Shown here one piece after another: positions 8,681 through 18,474 of a DNA stretch of 64,000 bases (positions are counted from its first letter, which is position 1; every line of letters starts with the position of its first letter). The DNA comes from a bacterium (GTDB lineage Bacteria > Bacillota_I > Bacilli_A > RFN20 > CAG-288): the NCBI GenBank assembly GCA_963621825.1, contig CAVFFP010000002.1, positions 80,816-144,815 on the forward strand, written 5' to 3'. A program made the translations under genes and the position numbers. Under the pieces are notes generated by a model. The model saw only the letters and a list, made by a program, of their open reading frames with translations, had not been told where the DNA came from and ran no database searches.

Positions 8681-9406
8681 ATGGAAATCAACGGAAAAGA
8701 ATATCAGGACATCTTCCATCTTGCACTGGATATCTATCAGTCCAGCGATTATTTCGCTAAGGAACTGAGAAAAGAGGAACTTCTCTCCTTCATCCGAAAA
8801 GAGGATGAAGCAAAATACGAGAAGATTGTAAAACTATCCTTACTCTCCCTTCCGGATGATGTCTTTGTCTTCAAAGCAAGCTATATCCTGAATCCATTCA
8901 TGTCCTTACGAATCAAAGGATTCTGCTTTGACAATTACAAGCAGTTAGGAGAGACATTCCTTGCCTTTTCTCCTAATCCCAATCCGATACTTACAGAGCT
9001 TCTCCGCTACTCTTTGATCAGCAAACATATGGAGAGCATCTATTACCAAGGAAGCAACAAAGAAGAGTATGAAAAGATTCTCTTCTTTGAGAAGCTATCC
9101 GAAACAGATCTCCCATACGCATATTTCTCACTTGGATATTACCTAAGCAAAAAGACAACCATCATCTACGAAGGAAAAGAATACCAGGACATCTTTGACC
9201 TTACCTACTTCCTCTGCAAAAAAGAAAAGGATCTTAACGCATTAGGCGCCTACTTATCCAAGTCTCCGCTTCTTAAGGCGTATTCTCAGTACGGAAAGCA
9301 CAGCAAAAAGATGGAAGAGTATCTCCATATCTGTGAAGAAGTTGACAAAAGTGAGAAAAAACTGGATGAATTCCTCTCCAGAAAGAAAGAGAAATCATCT
9401 GAATAA
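8681..9406 (+). CDS. Hypothetical soluble protein with an internal repeat
   Basis: NGKEYQDIFHLALD at the N-terminus is repeated as EGKEYQDIFDLTYF near residue 165. Coupled to the upstream gene by a 2-nt gap. Confidence 0.6.
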   Translation: MEINGKEYQDIFHLALDIYQSSDYFAKELRKEELLSFIRKEDEAKYEKIVKLSLLSLPDDVFVFKASYILNPFMSLRIKGFCFDNYKQLGETFLAFSPNPNPILTELLRYSLISKHMESIYYQGSNKEEYEKILFFEKLSETDLPYAYFSLGYYLSKKTTIIYEGKEYQDIFDLTYFLCKKEKDLNALGAYLSKSPLLKAYSQYGKHSKKMEEYLHICEEVDKSEKKLDEFLSRKKEKSSE

Positions 9407-9462
9407 ATATTTCAGTTTGTAAAATAATTAATGATAAATTTCAAGTATCATTCTAGTTGTTG

Positions 9463-9485
9463 TATAGAGATAAAATCTCTATAAT
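9463..9485 (+). promoter_or_regulatory. Perfect 9-bp-arm palindrome tatagagat-aaa-atctctata overlapping a TATAAT -10 box upstream of the phosphoglucomutase gene
   Basis: Read directly from the sequence; tataat at 9480-9485, 37 nt before the ATG. Confidence 0.35.
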
Positions 9486-9521
9486 ATTTTGTGCAGTTTA
9501 TATTTTTAACGAGGCATAATT

Positions 9522-11267
9522 ATGGACTATAAAACAAAAATGCAGGAATGGCTGGACAGCGATCTTGTCAGCGAAGAAGACAAAAAGCAGATCAGACTCG
9601 CTAGCCCGGACACTCAGAAAGAGATGTTCTCTACCTACATCCACTTCGGAACCGCTGGCATGAGAGCATTATTAGGACCTGGTACATCCAGACTGAATCT
9701 CATCACCGTCAGAAAGGCCGCAATCGGATTAGCAAACTTCCTCCTTTCCACCTACAAGGATGAAGTAAGAGAAAGAGGTATCGCCATCTCCTTCGACAAC
9801 AGGCATTACTCCAAGGAGTTCCGTGACCTCTCCGCCAAAATCTTCAACGAGATGGGAATTCCGGTCTACACCTTCCGCGATCCGCATCCGACTCCGGAAC
9901 TTTCCTACACCGTCAGAAAGATGAATGCCATCGCCGGTGTCATGATCACAGCCAGCCACAACAACAGAGAGTACAACGGCTATAAGATCTACGATCAAAA
10001 GGGCTGCCAGGCTGTCTATGAATTCATCGACGGTATCATCAAAACCATCAACGAGCTTCCGGATGAACTCCATGTCGACTATCAGAAAGTCGATGAGAAG
10101 GCCTATGCAAAGACTGTCTATCTCGATGATGACAACCAGTATGATATCGACTTCGTCAACAAGGAACTTACCACCTCCCTTTACAAGGATTATTTCAAGG
10201 GCGAGAGACTAACAAAGATCGTCTTCACTCCTCAGTGCGGATGCGACTGCAAGGTCGGTCCTATGGCTCTTAGAGGAGCCGGATATGAAGTCTCCACCGT
10301 TGCCGGCCAGGATTATTTCGATCCGGACTTCACCAATACCAAAAACCCGAACCCTGAGACCGATGACGCTTATCAGCTCGCTTTCGAGCAGATGAAAAAG
10401 CTCAATAAGGATGGCGGAAAGTATAACCTCATCCTCTGCACCGATCCTGATGCCGATCGATGTGGTCTTGCCTTCTTAAACAGCAAGGGCGAGATTCAAC
10501 GTTTCACCGGTAACCAGACAGGCGCCCTTCTTATCGACTTCATCCTTTCCACGATGGATAGAAGAGGAACCCTTCCGAACAACGGAGTCCTCTGCAATAC
10601 CTTTGTCACCGGAAGCCAGGGTGCAAAGATTGCATCCTTCTACCACGTCAAAGTCAGAACCACCGCTACCGGATTCAAGTACATCGGCAATATGGCTGAC
10701 CGCATCGAAGAAGAGGGCGAGAAGTACATCTTCGGATATGAAGAGTCTTATGGATATCTTCTCTCCGACTTCATCCGCGATAAGGACTCTCTCCAGAGCA
10801 TTGTCGCTATCGCTGATATGTGCGAATACTATCTGAGACAGGGAAAGACATTGGATGTCGCTCTTGCTGACTTAGACCAGAAGACCGGGCACTATGTCAA
10901 CACCCAGGTCTCTGTCATGTTCTCCGGAGCGGATTGCTTAGCCAGAATGAACAATGAGGTCAACAACCTGAGAAAGACTCCGTTCACTACCTTAGCCGGA
11001 TTAAAGGTCAAAACACTCTTCGATTACCTCGACAGAAGAGTCATCCATATGGACACGAACGTCAACGAAGAGATGAACCTTCCTGACATCGATAAGACCA
11101 ACTGCCTCCGCTTCGACTTCGAAGAAGGCGGATTCTTAGCTATCCGTCCTTCCGGAACGGAACCGAAGGTCAAATTCTATATTGAGATCGTCGGTAAGAG
11201 TGAGGAAGAAGGTAAGAAGTTAGCTGATAAGATGGCGGACGAACTGAAGAAAATCATGGGTCTTTAG
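9522..11267 (+). CDS. pgcA: Phosphoglucomutase / phospho-sugar mutase (alpha-D-phosphohexomutase family)
   Basis: Active-site serine loop ITASHNNREYNGYKIY; 581 aa, typical of PgcA. Confidence 0.9.
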   Translation: MDYKTKMQEWLDSDLVSEEDKKQIRLASPDTQKEMFSTYIHFGTAGMRALLGPGTSRLNLITVRKAAIGLANFLLSTYKDEVRERGIAISFDNRHYSKEFRDLSAKIFNEMGIPVYTFRDPHPTPELSYTVRKMNAIAGVMITASHNNREYNGYKIYDQKGCQAVYEFIDGIIKTINELPDELHVDYQKVDEKAYAKTVYLDDDNQYDIDFVNKELTTSLYKDYFKGERLTKIVFTPQCGCDCKVGPMALRGAGYEVSTVAGQDYFDPDFTNTKNPNPETDDAYQLAFEQMKKLNKDGGKYNLILCTDPDADRCGLAFLNSKGEIQRFTGNQTGALLIDFILSTMDRRGTLPNNGVLCNTFVTGSQGAKIASFYHVKVRTTATGFKYIGNMADRIEEEGEKYIFGYEESYGYLLSDFIRDKDSLQSIVAIADMCEYYLRQGKTLDVALADLDQKTGHYVNTQVSVMFSGADCLARMNNEVNNLRKTPFTTLAGLKVKTLFDYLDRRVIHMDTNVNEEMNLPDIDKTNCLRFDFEEGGFLAIRPSGTEPKVKFYIEIVGKSEEEGKKLADKMADELKKIMGL

Positions 11268-11276
11268 ACCTAATAG

Positions 11277-11310
11277 AAAAGCCTAGTTTCATCGAAGCTA
11301 GGCTTTTTTG
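11277..11310. terminator. Bidirectional terminator between pgcA (+) and the HAD hydrolase gene (-)
   Basis: aaaagcctag-tttcatcgaa-gctaggcttttttg. Confidence 0.6.
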
Positions 11311-11318
11311 ATGCATGA

Positions 11319-12134
11319 CTATTTTCCTTCAAAGAACTTCTTCAGAGTCAGATAGATACCTTCATGATTGTTATCTTCCACAGTGACATTGTGGACAATC
11401 TGTTTCAGATGATCGTTTGCGTTTTTCATCGCAAAGGGAACACCAGCAGTGGTGAGCATCTCCACATCATTTTCCGCATCACCGAAGGCAATCGTATGTG
11501 CTCTATCGATATGATAATGTTTCTGAAGCAAGGAGATTCCTGTCGCTTTGCTCCTTTTATAAGATCCGAACTCTCCAACGGTCTTCACACTGTACCAATG
11601 GCGTAAGAAAAGGCTCTCGTCAGGAAGTGCAGTCCCTTTTACCTTCTGAATGCAGTCTTTTCTTGTCTGAAAGACAAAAGCATAGACATCCTCATCGAGA
11701 ACCTGATTGAAATCACCGTAAATCAACTCCATGCCATCATGATTGAACATCTCATTGAACTCTTCATCATGACTGGTATAGAAGACTTTTGTCTCACTTT
11801 CCGCAAAGGAGTGAATGATCTCTCCCTCTTTGAATTGAGAAAGGAAAGAGAGGACATCTTCCTTTCTATAGTATTCGTCGTATCGAGGGAATGCCTCGTC
11901 ATTAGGATCATAGACACAGGCTCCGTTATAGGAGATAAGTGGTCCATCAAGTCCTAATTCATCGTAATAGGGAAGGATAGCTCTTGGCGGACGACCGCTG
12001 GCCAAGGCGATGACATGTCCTTCTCTCTTCAGCTCCTTCAGATAGGAAGCTGTCTTCTCCATGATATGTTTGCTATCATCAAGGAGGGTACCGTCTAAAT
12101 CCGAGACGATTAAAAATTTCTGGTTATTATTCAT
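11319..12134 (-). CDS. Cof-type HAD-IIB family hydrolase (sugar-phosphate phosphatase)
   Basis: LIVSDLDGTLL motif I and the C-terminal FGDAENDVEM motif. Confidence 0.85.
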   Translation of the reverse strand: MNNNQKFLIVSDLDGTLLDDSKHIMEKTASYLKELKREGHVIALASGRPPRAILPYYDELGLDGPLISYNGACVYDPNDEAFPRYDEYYRKEDVLSFLSQFKEGEIIHSFAESETKVFYTSHDEEFNEMFNHDGMELIYGDFNQVLDEDVYAFVFQTRKDCIQKVKGTALPDESLFLRHWYSVKTVGEFGSYKRSKATGISLLQKHYHIDRAHTIAFGDAENDVEMLTTAGVPFAMKNANDHLKQIVHNVTVEDNNHEGIYLTLKKFFEGK

Positions 12135-12244
12135 GATTTCATTGTAACAAAAAGAAATCCCGATTTCTTTATAAAGTGCTTTCGTTTACAATATTATGGC
12201 TGAAGAATTACAATTGCTTTCATCCATTCGAAAAGGAGATGACC

Positions 12245-14158
12245 ATGAAATATAAAAACCACTTACCACTATTATTCCTACCCCTTCTTCTCTGTTCCTT
12301 CAAAACAGAAGACAGCAAATCGATTGCCAATAAGCAGGAGTTTGACGGAAGAGCCTATGACAAGACACAGATGATGGACTTTTCTGACAGCACAACAGAT
12401 GAGATCAAAGACTATTACCACTACTCAGAGATGATCACCAAAAAAGGAGATGACCTGAAAAACTATCTCTATGACATCATCTCAGAAGACAACTACTTCA
12501 TCCCATATGGAAGCTCGACCACGTCTGGTGTCGGCATGTGGTATGAGATCACCGACAGAAACTGGGATATCTCTAATAGCATCGATCCTTCCACTTTCCA
12601 GTTTGGAAAAGAGAATCCAGAAGACTATTATCTTGTCAACTTCTACTTTGAAAGTTCCGCGAATTACGACAAGAACAAAGCGACAAACAACAACGTCAAC
12701 TCCACCTCTCTAAAGGCGGTGGACGGAGCGACAAAAGTAGACTATGTCAACAAGACAAAACCAAAGGGAGTCTCTACTGACAAAGAGCATCTTTGGGCAA
12801 AGAATCACGGATTCAAAGTTGTCGAAAACAGCAAAGATGTTTTTGCAACCGGCGCCCCGACTGATTTACATCACCTTGTCGCCGCTGACGGAAACACCAA
12901 CTCCGCCGGACATAACGATAACTTCTTCGGTGAAGTGAAAAGCAAATCTGACTCCAAGACAATCTATTCCTATTACGCCGATGGTACAACAGGTGTATCC
13001 GGTTACTTAGGAAAGGACAACAACGGAGTGACCGTTTTTGAGCCGACAGATGAATGGAAAGGCGATATCGCACGTTCCATGCTCTATATGGCTACAAGAT
13101 ACTCTAAGGATAACGGCGATGCACAGACACAGGGAGAACCTTGTCTTGTCTTCGACGATAATGGAAGCTACACGGACGAAAAGACGGACGGAAAATACGA
13201 CAGAAGCAAATTCCACGGCTATCATCCTAGCCTTTCTCTCTATCTGAAGTGGAACAAAGAGGATCCCGTCTCAAAATACGAATACCATAGAAATAATCTC
13301 ATCTACAAGAACGTACAGAAGAACAGAAACCCGTTTGTCGATTTTCCTTCTCTTGCTGACTGGGTCTTCGCTACCACGACAGAAAGCGAGCCTGAGATAG
13401 CAGCACCGGTCGATGACAATCCTTATGCGGTCATCGATTTCTCCAAGTTAGAAAGCAAATACCAGCTTCATGTAGAAGATAGCGTCACCTTCTCTCTCAG
13501 TTTCGGAAGCGCAAAGGATCTTACAGTCGATTATGATGAGAGCTATCTCACCATGTCCTCTGACAAGAAGACTTTCACCGCAAAGAAAGCCGGTGAAACT
13601 ACAATCACCTATTCCTACACGGATGAAAAGAGCAAGACTGTCACTCACTCCACATCCATTCAGATCAAGGATAAAATCATCCTTCTCTCTGTCAAACCGG
13701 ATACCGGAGTCATCGATCACATGGATCTTGTAACCGGTGATGAGTACCTCTTCGAACTTGGTTTCAAGAGTCAGGATGCCTTCTTCTTCAATGAGAAGAT
13801 CGTCTATTCCACCGATGACACAAGCGTCATCTCCGTGACGGATGAGGGCAAAGTAACGGCACTGGAAGAAGGAGAATGCACGCTCTATATCATCGTCAAG
13901 ACAGATAAAACAGAAAAGACACTTCTTAAGATCGATGTCAAAGTAACCCTCTCAGAAGAGGAGCAGAAGAAGAGGCAGATGTATATCATCATCATTGCTG
14001 TCGCTGCCGCATTACTCATCCTCATCTTCTTGATCTTTGCTCTCCTCATCAAGAAATCCGGTAAGAAAAACAACGTCAAAGACTATACGAAAGTATATAA
14101 TAAAAAGAGCTCCAAGAAGAAATCTTCCAAGAGCGGAAAGAAAAATACGAGGAAATAA
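12245..14158 (+). CDS. Cell-surface anchored extracellular nuclease: signal peptide, Endonuclease-I-family domain, Ig-like (Big_2-type) domain, C-terminal TM anchor and lysine-rich tail
   Basis: EHLWAKNHGF...DLHHLVAADGNTNSAGHNDNFFGEV resembles the Endonuclease I family. TFTAKKAGETTITYSYTD is Big_2-like. C-terminal IIIIAVAAALLILIFLIFALLI followed by a K-rich tail. The ATG at 12245 has a GGAG 6 nt upstream; the ORF-track start 12176 is a GTG with no RBS. Confidence 0.7.
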   Translation: MKYKNHLPLLFLPLLLCSFKTEDSKSIANKQEFDGRAYDKTQMMDFSDSTTDEIKDYYHYSEMITKKGDDLKNYLYDIISEDNYFIPYGSSTTSGVGMWYEITDRNWDISNSIDPSTFQFGKENPEDYYLVNFYFESSANYDKNKATNNNVNSTSLKAVDGATKVDYVNKTKPKGVSTDKEHLWAKNHGFKVVENSKDVFATGAPTDLHHLVAADGNTNSAGHNDNFFGEVKSKSDSKTIYSYYADGTTGVSGYLGKDNNGVTVFEPTDEWKGDIARSMLYMATRYSKDNGDAQTQGEPCLVFDDNGSYTDEKTDGKYDRSKFHGYHPSLSLYLKWNKEDPVSKYEYHRNNLIYKNVQKNRNPFVDFPSLADWVFATTTESEPEIAAPVDDNPYAVIDFSKLESKYQLHVEDSVTFSLSFGSAKDLTVDYDESYLTMSSDKKTFTAKKAGETTITYSYTDEKSKTVTHSTSIQIKDKIILLSVKPDTGVIDHMDLVTGDEYLFELGFKSQDAFFFNEKIVYSTDDTSVISVTDEGKVTALEEGECTLYIIVKTDKTEKTLLKIDVKVTLSEEEQKKRQMYIIIIAVAAALLILIFLIFALLIKKSGKKNNVKDYTKVYNKKSSKKKSSKSGKKNTRK

Positions 14159-14160
14159 AC

Positions 14161-14658
14161 ATGGCTGAAGAAAAAGTTGAAGAGAAGAAGGAAGAGAAGA
14201 AAGAGAACGGATTCTCTAAGTTCTTCAAGAAGATTGGAAAGTCTATCTCTGACAGCAACAGAGAAGACAAGCTCTTAAAGACCTATCGTGAGAGAGATAA
14301 CGTTCAGGAGTTCACTATCTATACAGAGGAATCCCTCTTCGCTATCCGCACCTATTACGGAACCATCGACGAAGGAAAGAAGGAAATCACCATCTATGGA
14401 GAAATCAAGGAAGAAGACGTCCCTTACTCCAGCATCCTTTCCACCGTCACCGATAGCGACAAAGAGCTTCCGAGACGTTTCTATCTCTTAGGAAGAAGAA
14501 CAGAAAACGTCGATGTCGAAATCGAAGAGAAAGATGAAAATGACGATGCCGTCAAAAACACCTACACACGACCTGTGACCGTCTTCACCGTCGATCCGGA
14601 TATGAAGGAAGTCAAAGTCATCAAAGTCAAGAACACCTACTATCTCAAGCACGAATAA
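14161..14658 (+). CDS. Small acidic, lysine/glutamate-rich hypothetical protein, translationally coupled to the nuclease gene
   Basis: ATG 3 nt after the nuclease stop. gagga RBS 10 nt upstream, inside the nuclease 3' end. Confidence 0.55.
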   Translation: MAEEKVEEKKEEKKENGFSKFFKKIGKSISDSNREDKLLKTYRERDNVQEFTIYTEESLFAIRTYYGTIDEGKKEITIYGEIKEEDVPYSSILSTVTDSDKELPRRFYLLGRRTENVDVEIEEKDENDDAVKNTYTRPVTVFTVDPDMKEVKVIKVKNTYYLKHE

Positions 14659-14685
14659 ACGTAGCTCGGCATTCACCAAAAATAA

Positions 14686-14716
14686 ATGGCTATCAGTCAA
14701 TTCGACTGATAGCCAT
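14686..14716. terminator. Bidirectional terminator between the 14161-14658 gene (+) and dnaJ (-)
   Basis: atggctatcagtc-aattc-gactgatagccat followed by ttttct. Confidence 0.6.
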
Positions 14717-14720
14717 TTTT

Positions 14721-15863
14721 CTATTTGTTTTTGAATTTTCTCTTCAACCAGGAGAAGACGCCATTGCTCTTCTTGCTTTCAATCTCGTCAAACTTGTTGA
14801 TAAGATCTTTCTGCTCGCTATCCAATGACTTCGGGAACTTGACATTCACCGTAACGTACTGATTTCCGACCTTTCCGCTAGGGAGTGTGATACCCTTATT
14901 GGTCATTCTAAGAATCGTTCCCGGTTCTGTGCAGGGCGGAATGACTAAGTCACAGTCTCCGCTGACCGTCGGAATCGTAACCGTTGCGCCAAGAAGCGCG
15001 TCAGAGATAGAGATTGGAGCATTGACATAGACATCGGCACCTTTTCTGACAAAGGTCTGAGAAGGTTTGACATTGAAGGTGACGATGAGGTTACCATTAG
15101 CACCGCCGTTGATGCCAGGCTCACCTTTGCCTTTGATGTTCATCCTGTCTCCCGTATCCACGCCATGGGGAATATTCACAGTGATCGTCTCGGATTTTCT
15201 GACACGTCCTGTGCCTTTGCACTGAGAGCACTTATGGGTGACTTTCTTACCGGAACCGTTACAATCCGGGCAGACATCCTCTGTCTCAACGACGCCGAAT
15301 ATCGTCTGCTTTCTGGCGTGGACTCTTCCTGTTCCGCGGCAGGTAGAGCAGGTTGAAACATCACTAGGATTCTCAGCGCCACTTCCATGGCAATGCGGAC
15401 AGCTATCGACATAATCTAACGGCACTTCAATCTTGGTCCCTTTCACGGCATCGTCAAAGGAGAGATTGACCTGTATAATCTTATCTTCTCCGTTTCTAGG
15501 CATGTTACTGCGTCTAGAACCTCTTGATGTTCCTCCGCCGAAGAAAGAGGAGAAGATATCGTTGATATCACCGAAATCACCAAAGTCGGCACCCTGGAAA
15601 CCATTGAATCCACCTTGGAAACCATTGGCTCCATTGTTGTCGAAAGCAGCATGGCCGAATTGATCGTACTGTTTTCTCTTATCAGCATTTCCAAGGACTT
15701 CATAGGCTTCCTGAACTTCCTTGAACTTCTCCGGTGCATCAGGTGACTTGTTCAAATCAGGGTGATACTGTTTTGCGAGCTTTCGATAGGCGCTTTTGAT
15801 TTCATCCTGTGTTGCGTTTTTGTCAACGCCTAACACTTCATAATAATCTCGTTTTTCAGCCAT
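14721..15863 (-). CDS. dnaJ: Molecular chaperone DnaJ
   Basis: J domain YYEVLGV...HPD. G/F-rich linker. Four CxxCxGxG zinc-finger repeats. Confidence 0.95.
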   Translation of the reverse strand: MAEKRDYYEVLGVDKNATQDEIKSAYRKLAKQYHPDLNKSPDAPEKFKEVQEAYEVLGNADKRKQYDQFGHAAFDNNGANGFQGGFNGFQGADFGDFGDINDIFSSFFGGGTSRGSRRSNMPRNGEDKIIQVNLSFDDAVKGTKIEVPLDYVDSCPHCHGSGAENPSDVSTCSTCRGTGRVHARKQTIFGVVETEDVCPDCNGSGKKVTHKCSQCKGTGRVRKSETITVNIPHGVDTGDRMNIKGKGEPGINGGANGNLIVTFNVKPSQTFVRKGADVYVNAPISISDALLGATVTIPTVSGDCDLVIPPCTEPGTILRMTNKGITLPSGKVGNQYVTVNVKFPKSLDSEQKDLINKFDEIESKKSNGVFSWLKRKFKNK

Positions 15864-15928
15864 CGATGATGACCTCCTATTCTAACAAGAAGCCCGGAAG
15901 TTTTCCCTCCGGGCTCATGTTCATGATT

Positions 15929-17794
15929 TTACTTGTTATCGTCTTTCTTCTCTTCGAATGTGGCATCGACGACATGCGGATCATTTCCGTTGTCAGTGCC
16001 TGCAGTTCCGCCAGCATTGTAGGTGGAAGCATTGGCCTGAGCCTGTGCCTGAGCCTGATAGACCTTGTTAGCGGCCTGCTGGAGTTCAGCAATCTTGGCT
16101 CTGACAGCGTCGAGATCATTCTTATCAAGGCTTGCCTTGATTTCATCTCTGATCTGCTTGACCTGAGCCTTGGTGTTATCATCGATCGGATGTGCAGTGT
16201 CGTTCATAGAACGGTCGATGCTATCGATGAGAGACTGAGCTTCATTTCTGGTATCAGCATCCTGTTTTCTCTTATCATCTTCAGCCTTGTGAGCTTCAGC
16301 TTCATGGACCATCTTATCGATTTCATCTTTTGAAAGACCAGAAGAGTTGGAGATAGTGATATGCTGTTCAGCATTGGTATCCAAATCCTTAGCGGAGACG
16401 GAAACAATACCGTTGACATCGATAGAGAAGGTGACCTGAATTCTCGGTTCACCACGTCTTGCGGGACGGATGCCTTCAAGCTTGAACTGGCCTAAGAACT
16501 TGTTGTCTGTGGCCATCGGTCTTTCACCCTGGAAGACCTGAATCTCAACACCAGGCTGGTTATCTTCTGCTGTGGAGAAGACCTGGCTCTTGGTGGTAGG
16601 GATGGTTGTATTTCTAGGGATCATGACGCTCATGACACCGCCGAGAACTTCAATACCCAAGGAAAGAGGTGTGACATCGAGAAGGACAACATCCTTGACG
16701 TCGCCACGGATGACACCACCCTGAATAGCGGCACCGACAGAGACAGCCTCGTCCGGGTTGACGGACTGATTCGGCTTCTTGCCGTTGCATAAACGGGTGA
16801 CAAGGTCGACGACGGCCGGCATTCTGGTAGAACCACCGACAAGAATGACATCGGTGATTTCATTGATGGAAAGGGATGCATCAGCAAGAGCCTTTTCAAA
16901 CGGAACACGGCAACGGTCGATCAAATCAGCAGTAAGATCCTGGAAGGCAGCTCTTGTCAAAGTGGTCTCGAAGTTGACCGGTGCACCATCTTTGAATCCG
17001 ATATAAGGCAAAGAGATGATGGTCTGAGTCTGAGAGGAGAGGTTGATCTTTGCTTTTTCTGCTTCATCACGAAGTCTCTGGAGAGTCGGTCTATCCTTGA
17101 CATTGTCCTTGGAGAGATAGATTCCGCACTGATTTCCGATTTCACGGATGAGCCAGTCGATGATATGGTTATCCCAGTCATCGCCACCGAGGTTGGTATC
17201 ACCAGAGGTGGAAAGAACTTCGAAGGTTCCATCTCCGATATCGAGGATGGAGACATCGAGTGTACCACCGCCCAAATCGAAGACAAGAATCTTTCCGGAC
17301 TGCTTGCTATCCATACCATAAGCCAAAGCGGCTGCGGTAGGTTCAGAGATGACACGGACAACATCAAGACCAGCGATAGTGCCGGCGTTCTTGGTTGCCT
17401 GTCTCTGATCATCATTGAAGTAGGCAGGGCAGGTGATGACGGCTTTCTTGACCGGAGAACCTAAATACTTTTCAGCATAGCTCTTCATGTAGGAAAGGAT
17501 CTTTGCGGAGATCTCTTCCGGAGTGAAGTCCTTATTGACACAGTTGATGTGGGTCATGCTTCTGGTACCCATCTTTCTCTTGATGGAGTGAACGGTGTCA
17601 GGATTGGTAAGGAGCATACGCTTGGCGGCGTTGCCGACAATCTCATCACCATCAGCTTTGAAGGAGACGACAGACGGACAGGTGTTGGTTCCTTCCGGAG
17701 AAGGAATGACCTTGACAGTCTGGTCATCCTGCATATACGAAACGACAGAGTTTGTAGTACCTAAATCGATACCTAAGATTACTTCTTTAGCCAT
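15929..17794 (-). CDS. dnaK: Molecular chaperone DnaK (Hsp70)
   Basis: [18 protein letters not shown], and other Hsp70 signatures. Confidence 0.97.
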   Translation of the reverse strand: MAKEVILGIDLGTTNSVVSYMQDDQTVKVIPSPEGTNTCPSVVSFKADGDEIVGNAAKRMLLTNPDTVHSIKRKMGTRSMTHINCVNKDFTPEEISAKILSYMKSYAEKYLGSPVKKAVITCPAYFNDDQRQATKNAGTIAGLDVVRVISEPTAAALAYGMDSKQSGKILVFDLGGGTLDVSILDIGDGTFEVLSTSGDTNLGGDDWDNHIIDWLIREIGNQCGIYLSKDNVKDRPTLQRLRDEAEKAKINLSSQTQTIISLPYIGFKDGAPVNFETTLTRAAFQDLTADLIDRCRVPFEKALADASLSINEITDVILVGGSTRMPAVVDLVTRLCNGKKPNQSVNPDEAVSVGAAIQGGVIRGDVKDVVLLDVTPLSLGIEVLGGVMSVMIPRNTTIPTTKSQVFSTAEDNQPGVEIQVFQGERPMATDNKFLGQFKLEGIRPARRGEPRIQVTFSIDVNGIVSVSAKDLDTNAEQHITISNSSGLSKDEIDKMVHEAEAHKAEDDKRKQDADTRNEAQSLIDSIDRSMNDTAHPIDDNTKAQVKQIRDEIKASLDKNDLDAVRAKIAELQQAANKVYQAQAQAQANASTYNAGGTAGTDNGNDPHVVDATFEEKKDDNK

Positions 17795-17817
17795 AATTTA
17801 TATCCTCCTGAATGTGG

Positions 17818-18474
17818 TTATTTATTTTCTGATTCTTTCGAATCTTCAGCTTTCGTATCTTCTTTCTTCTCTTCTTCGACGACTGCTTTGGCTGTTACGA
17901 TAACGCCGGCAGGACGGAGAAGATGTTCATGCAAGGCGTAGCCTTTGCAATAGACTTCTGCAATCTTGTTGTCTTCTTCGCCATCGACGGTAGAGAAGGC
18001 CTGCATCTTATGCGGATCATATTCTGATCCGATCTCTGGTGATATGATGCTGACACCTAACTGAGTCAAGGTGTTGATCATCTTGGAATGAATCATTTCG
18101 AAGCCCTGAACATACTGTTTGATCTTCGGGTCATCGGATGGATTCTTCAAGGCGTAGTCGAAGCTATCCAACGTCGGAATCAATTCCTCAACGAAGGATT
18201 TGCTTGCATACTTCTTTGCATCATCGCACTCTTTCTGAACCTGTTTACGAAGGTTAGCCATGTCAGCGTAAGCTTCATAATACTTGTTCTTCCAATCGTC
18301 TTTCTCACGATCTGCCTTTTCATAAAGGCTTTGAGATTCCTGAACCTTTTTCTTCAGTTCTTCAATCTCCTTTTTCAGAAGGTCTGTCTCGGAAGGTTTT
18401 TCTTCTTTTACTTCTTCTTTTTTCTCTTCCTTGATTTCCGCTTCCTGTTTTATCTCTTTTTTGTCTTTACTCAT
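17818..18474 (-). CDS. grpE: Nucleotide exchange factor GrpE
   Basis: GrpE C-terminal fold motifs; position between hrcA and dnaK. Confidence 0.93.
   Translation of the reverse strand: MSKDKKEIKQEAEIKEEKKEEVKEEKPSETDLLKKEIEELKKKVQESQSLYEKADREKDDWKNKYYEAYADMANLRKQVQKECDDAKKYASKSFVEELIPTLDSFDYALKNPSDDPKIKQYVQGFEMIHSKMINTLTQLGVSIISPEIGSEYDPHKMQAFSTVDGEEDNKIAEVYCKGYALHEHLLRPAGVIVTAKAVVEEEKKEDTKAEDSKESENK

Noticed and set aside
12176-12244. GTG start at 12176 for the surface nuclease
   Set aside because: It gives a 23-aa pre-signal extension without an RBS. The ATG at 12245 has a GGAG at ideal spacing and begins a canonical signal peptide.
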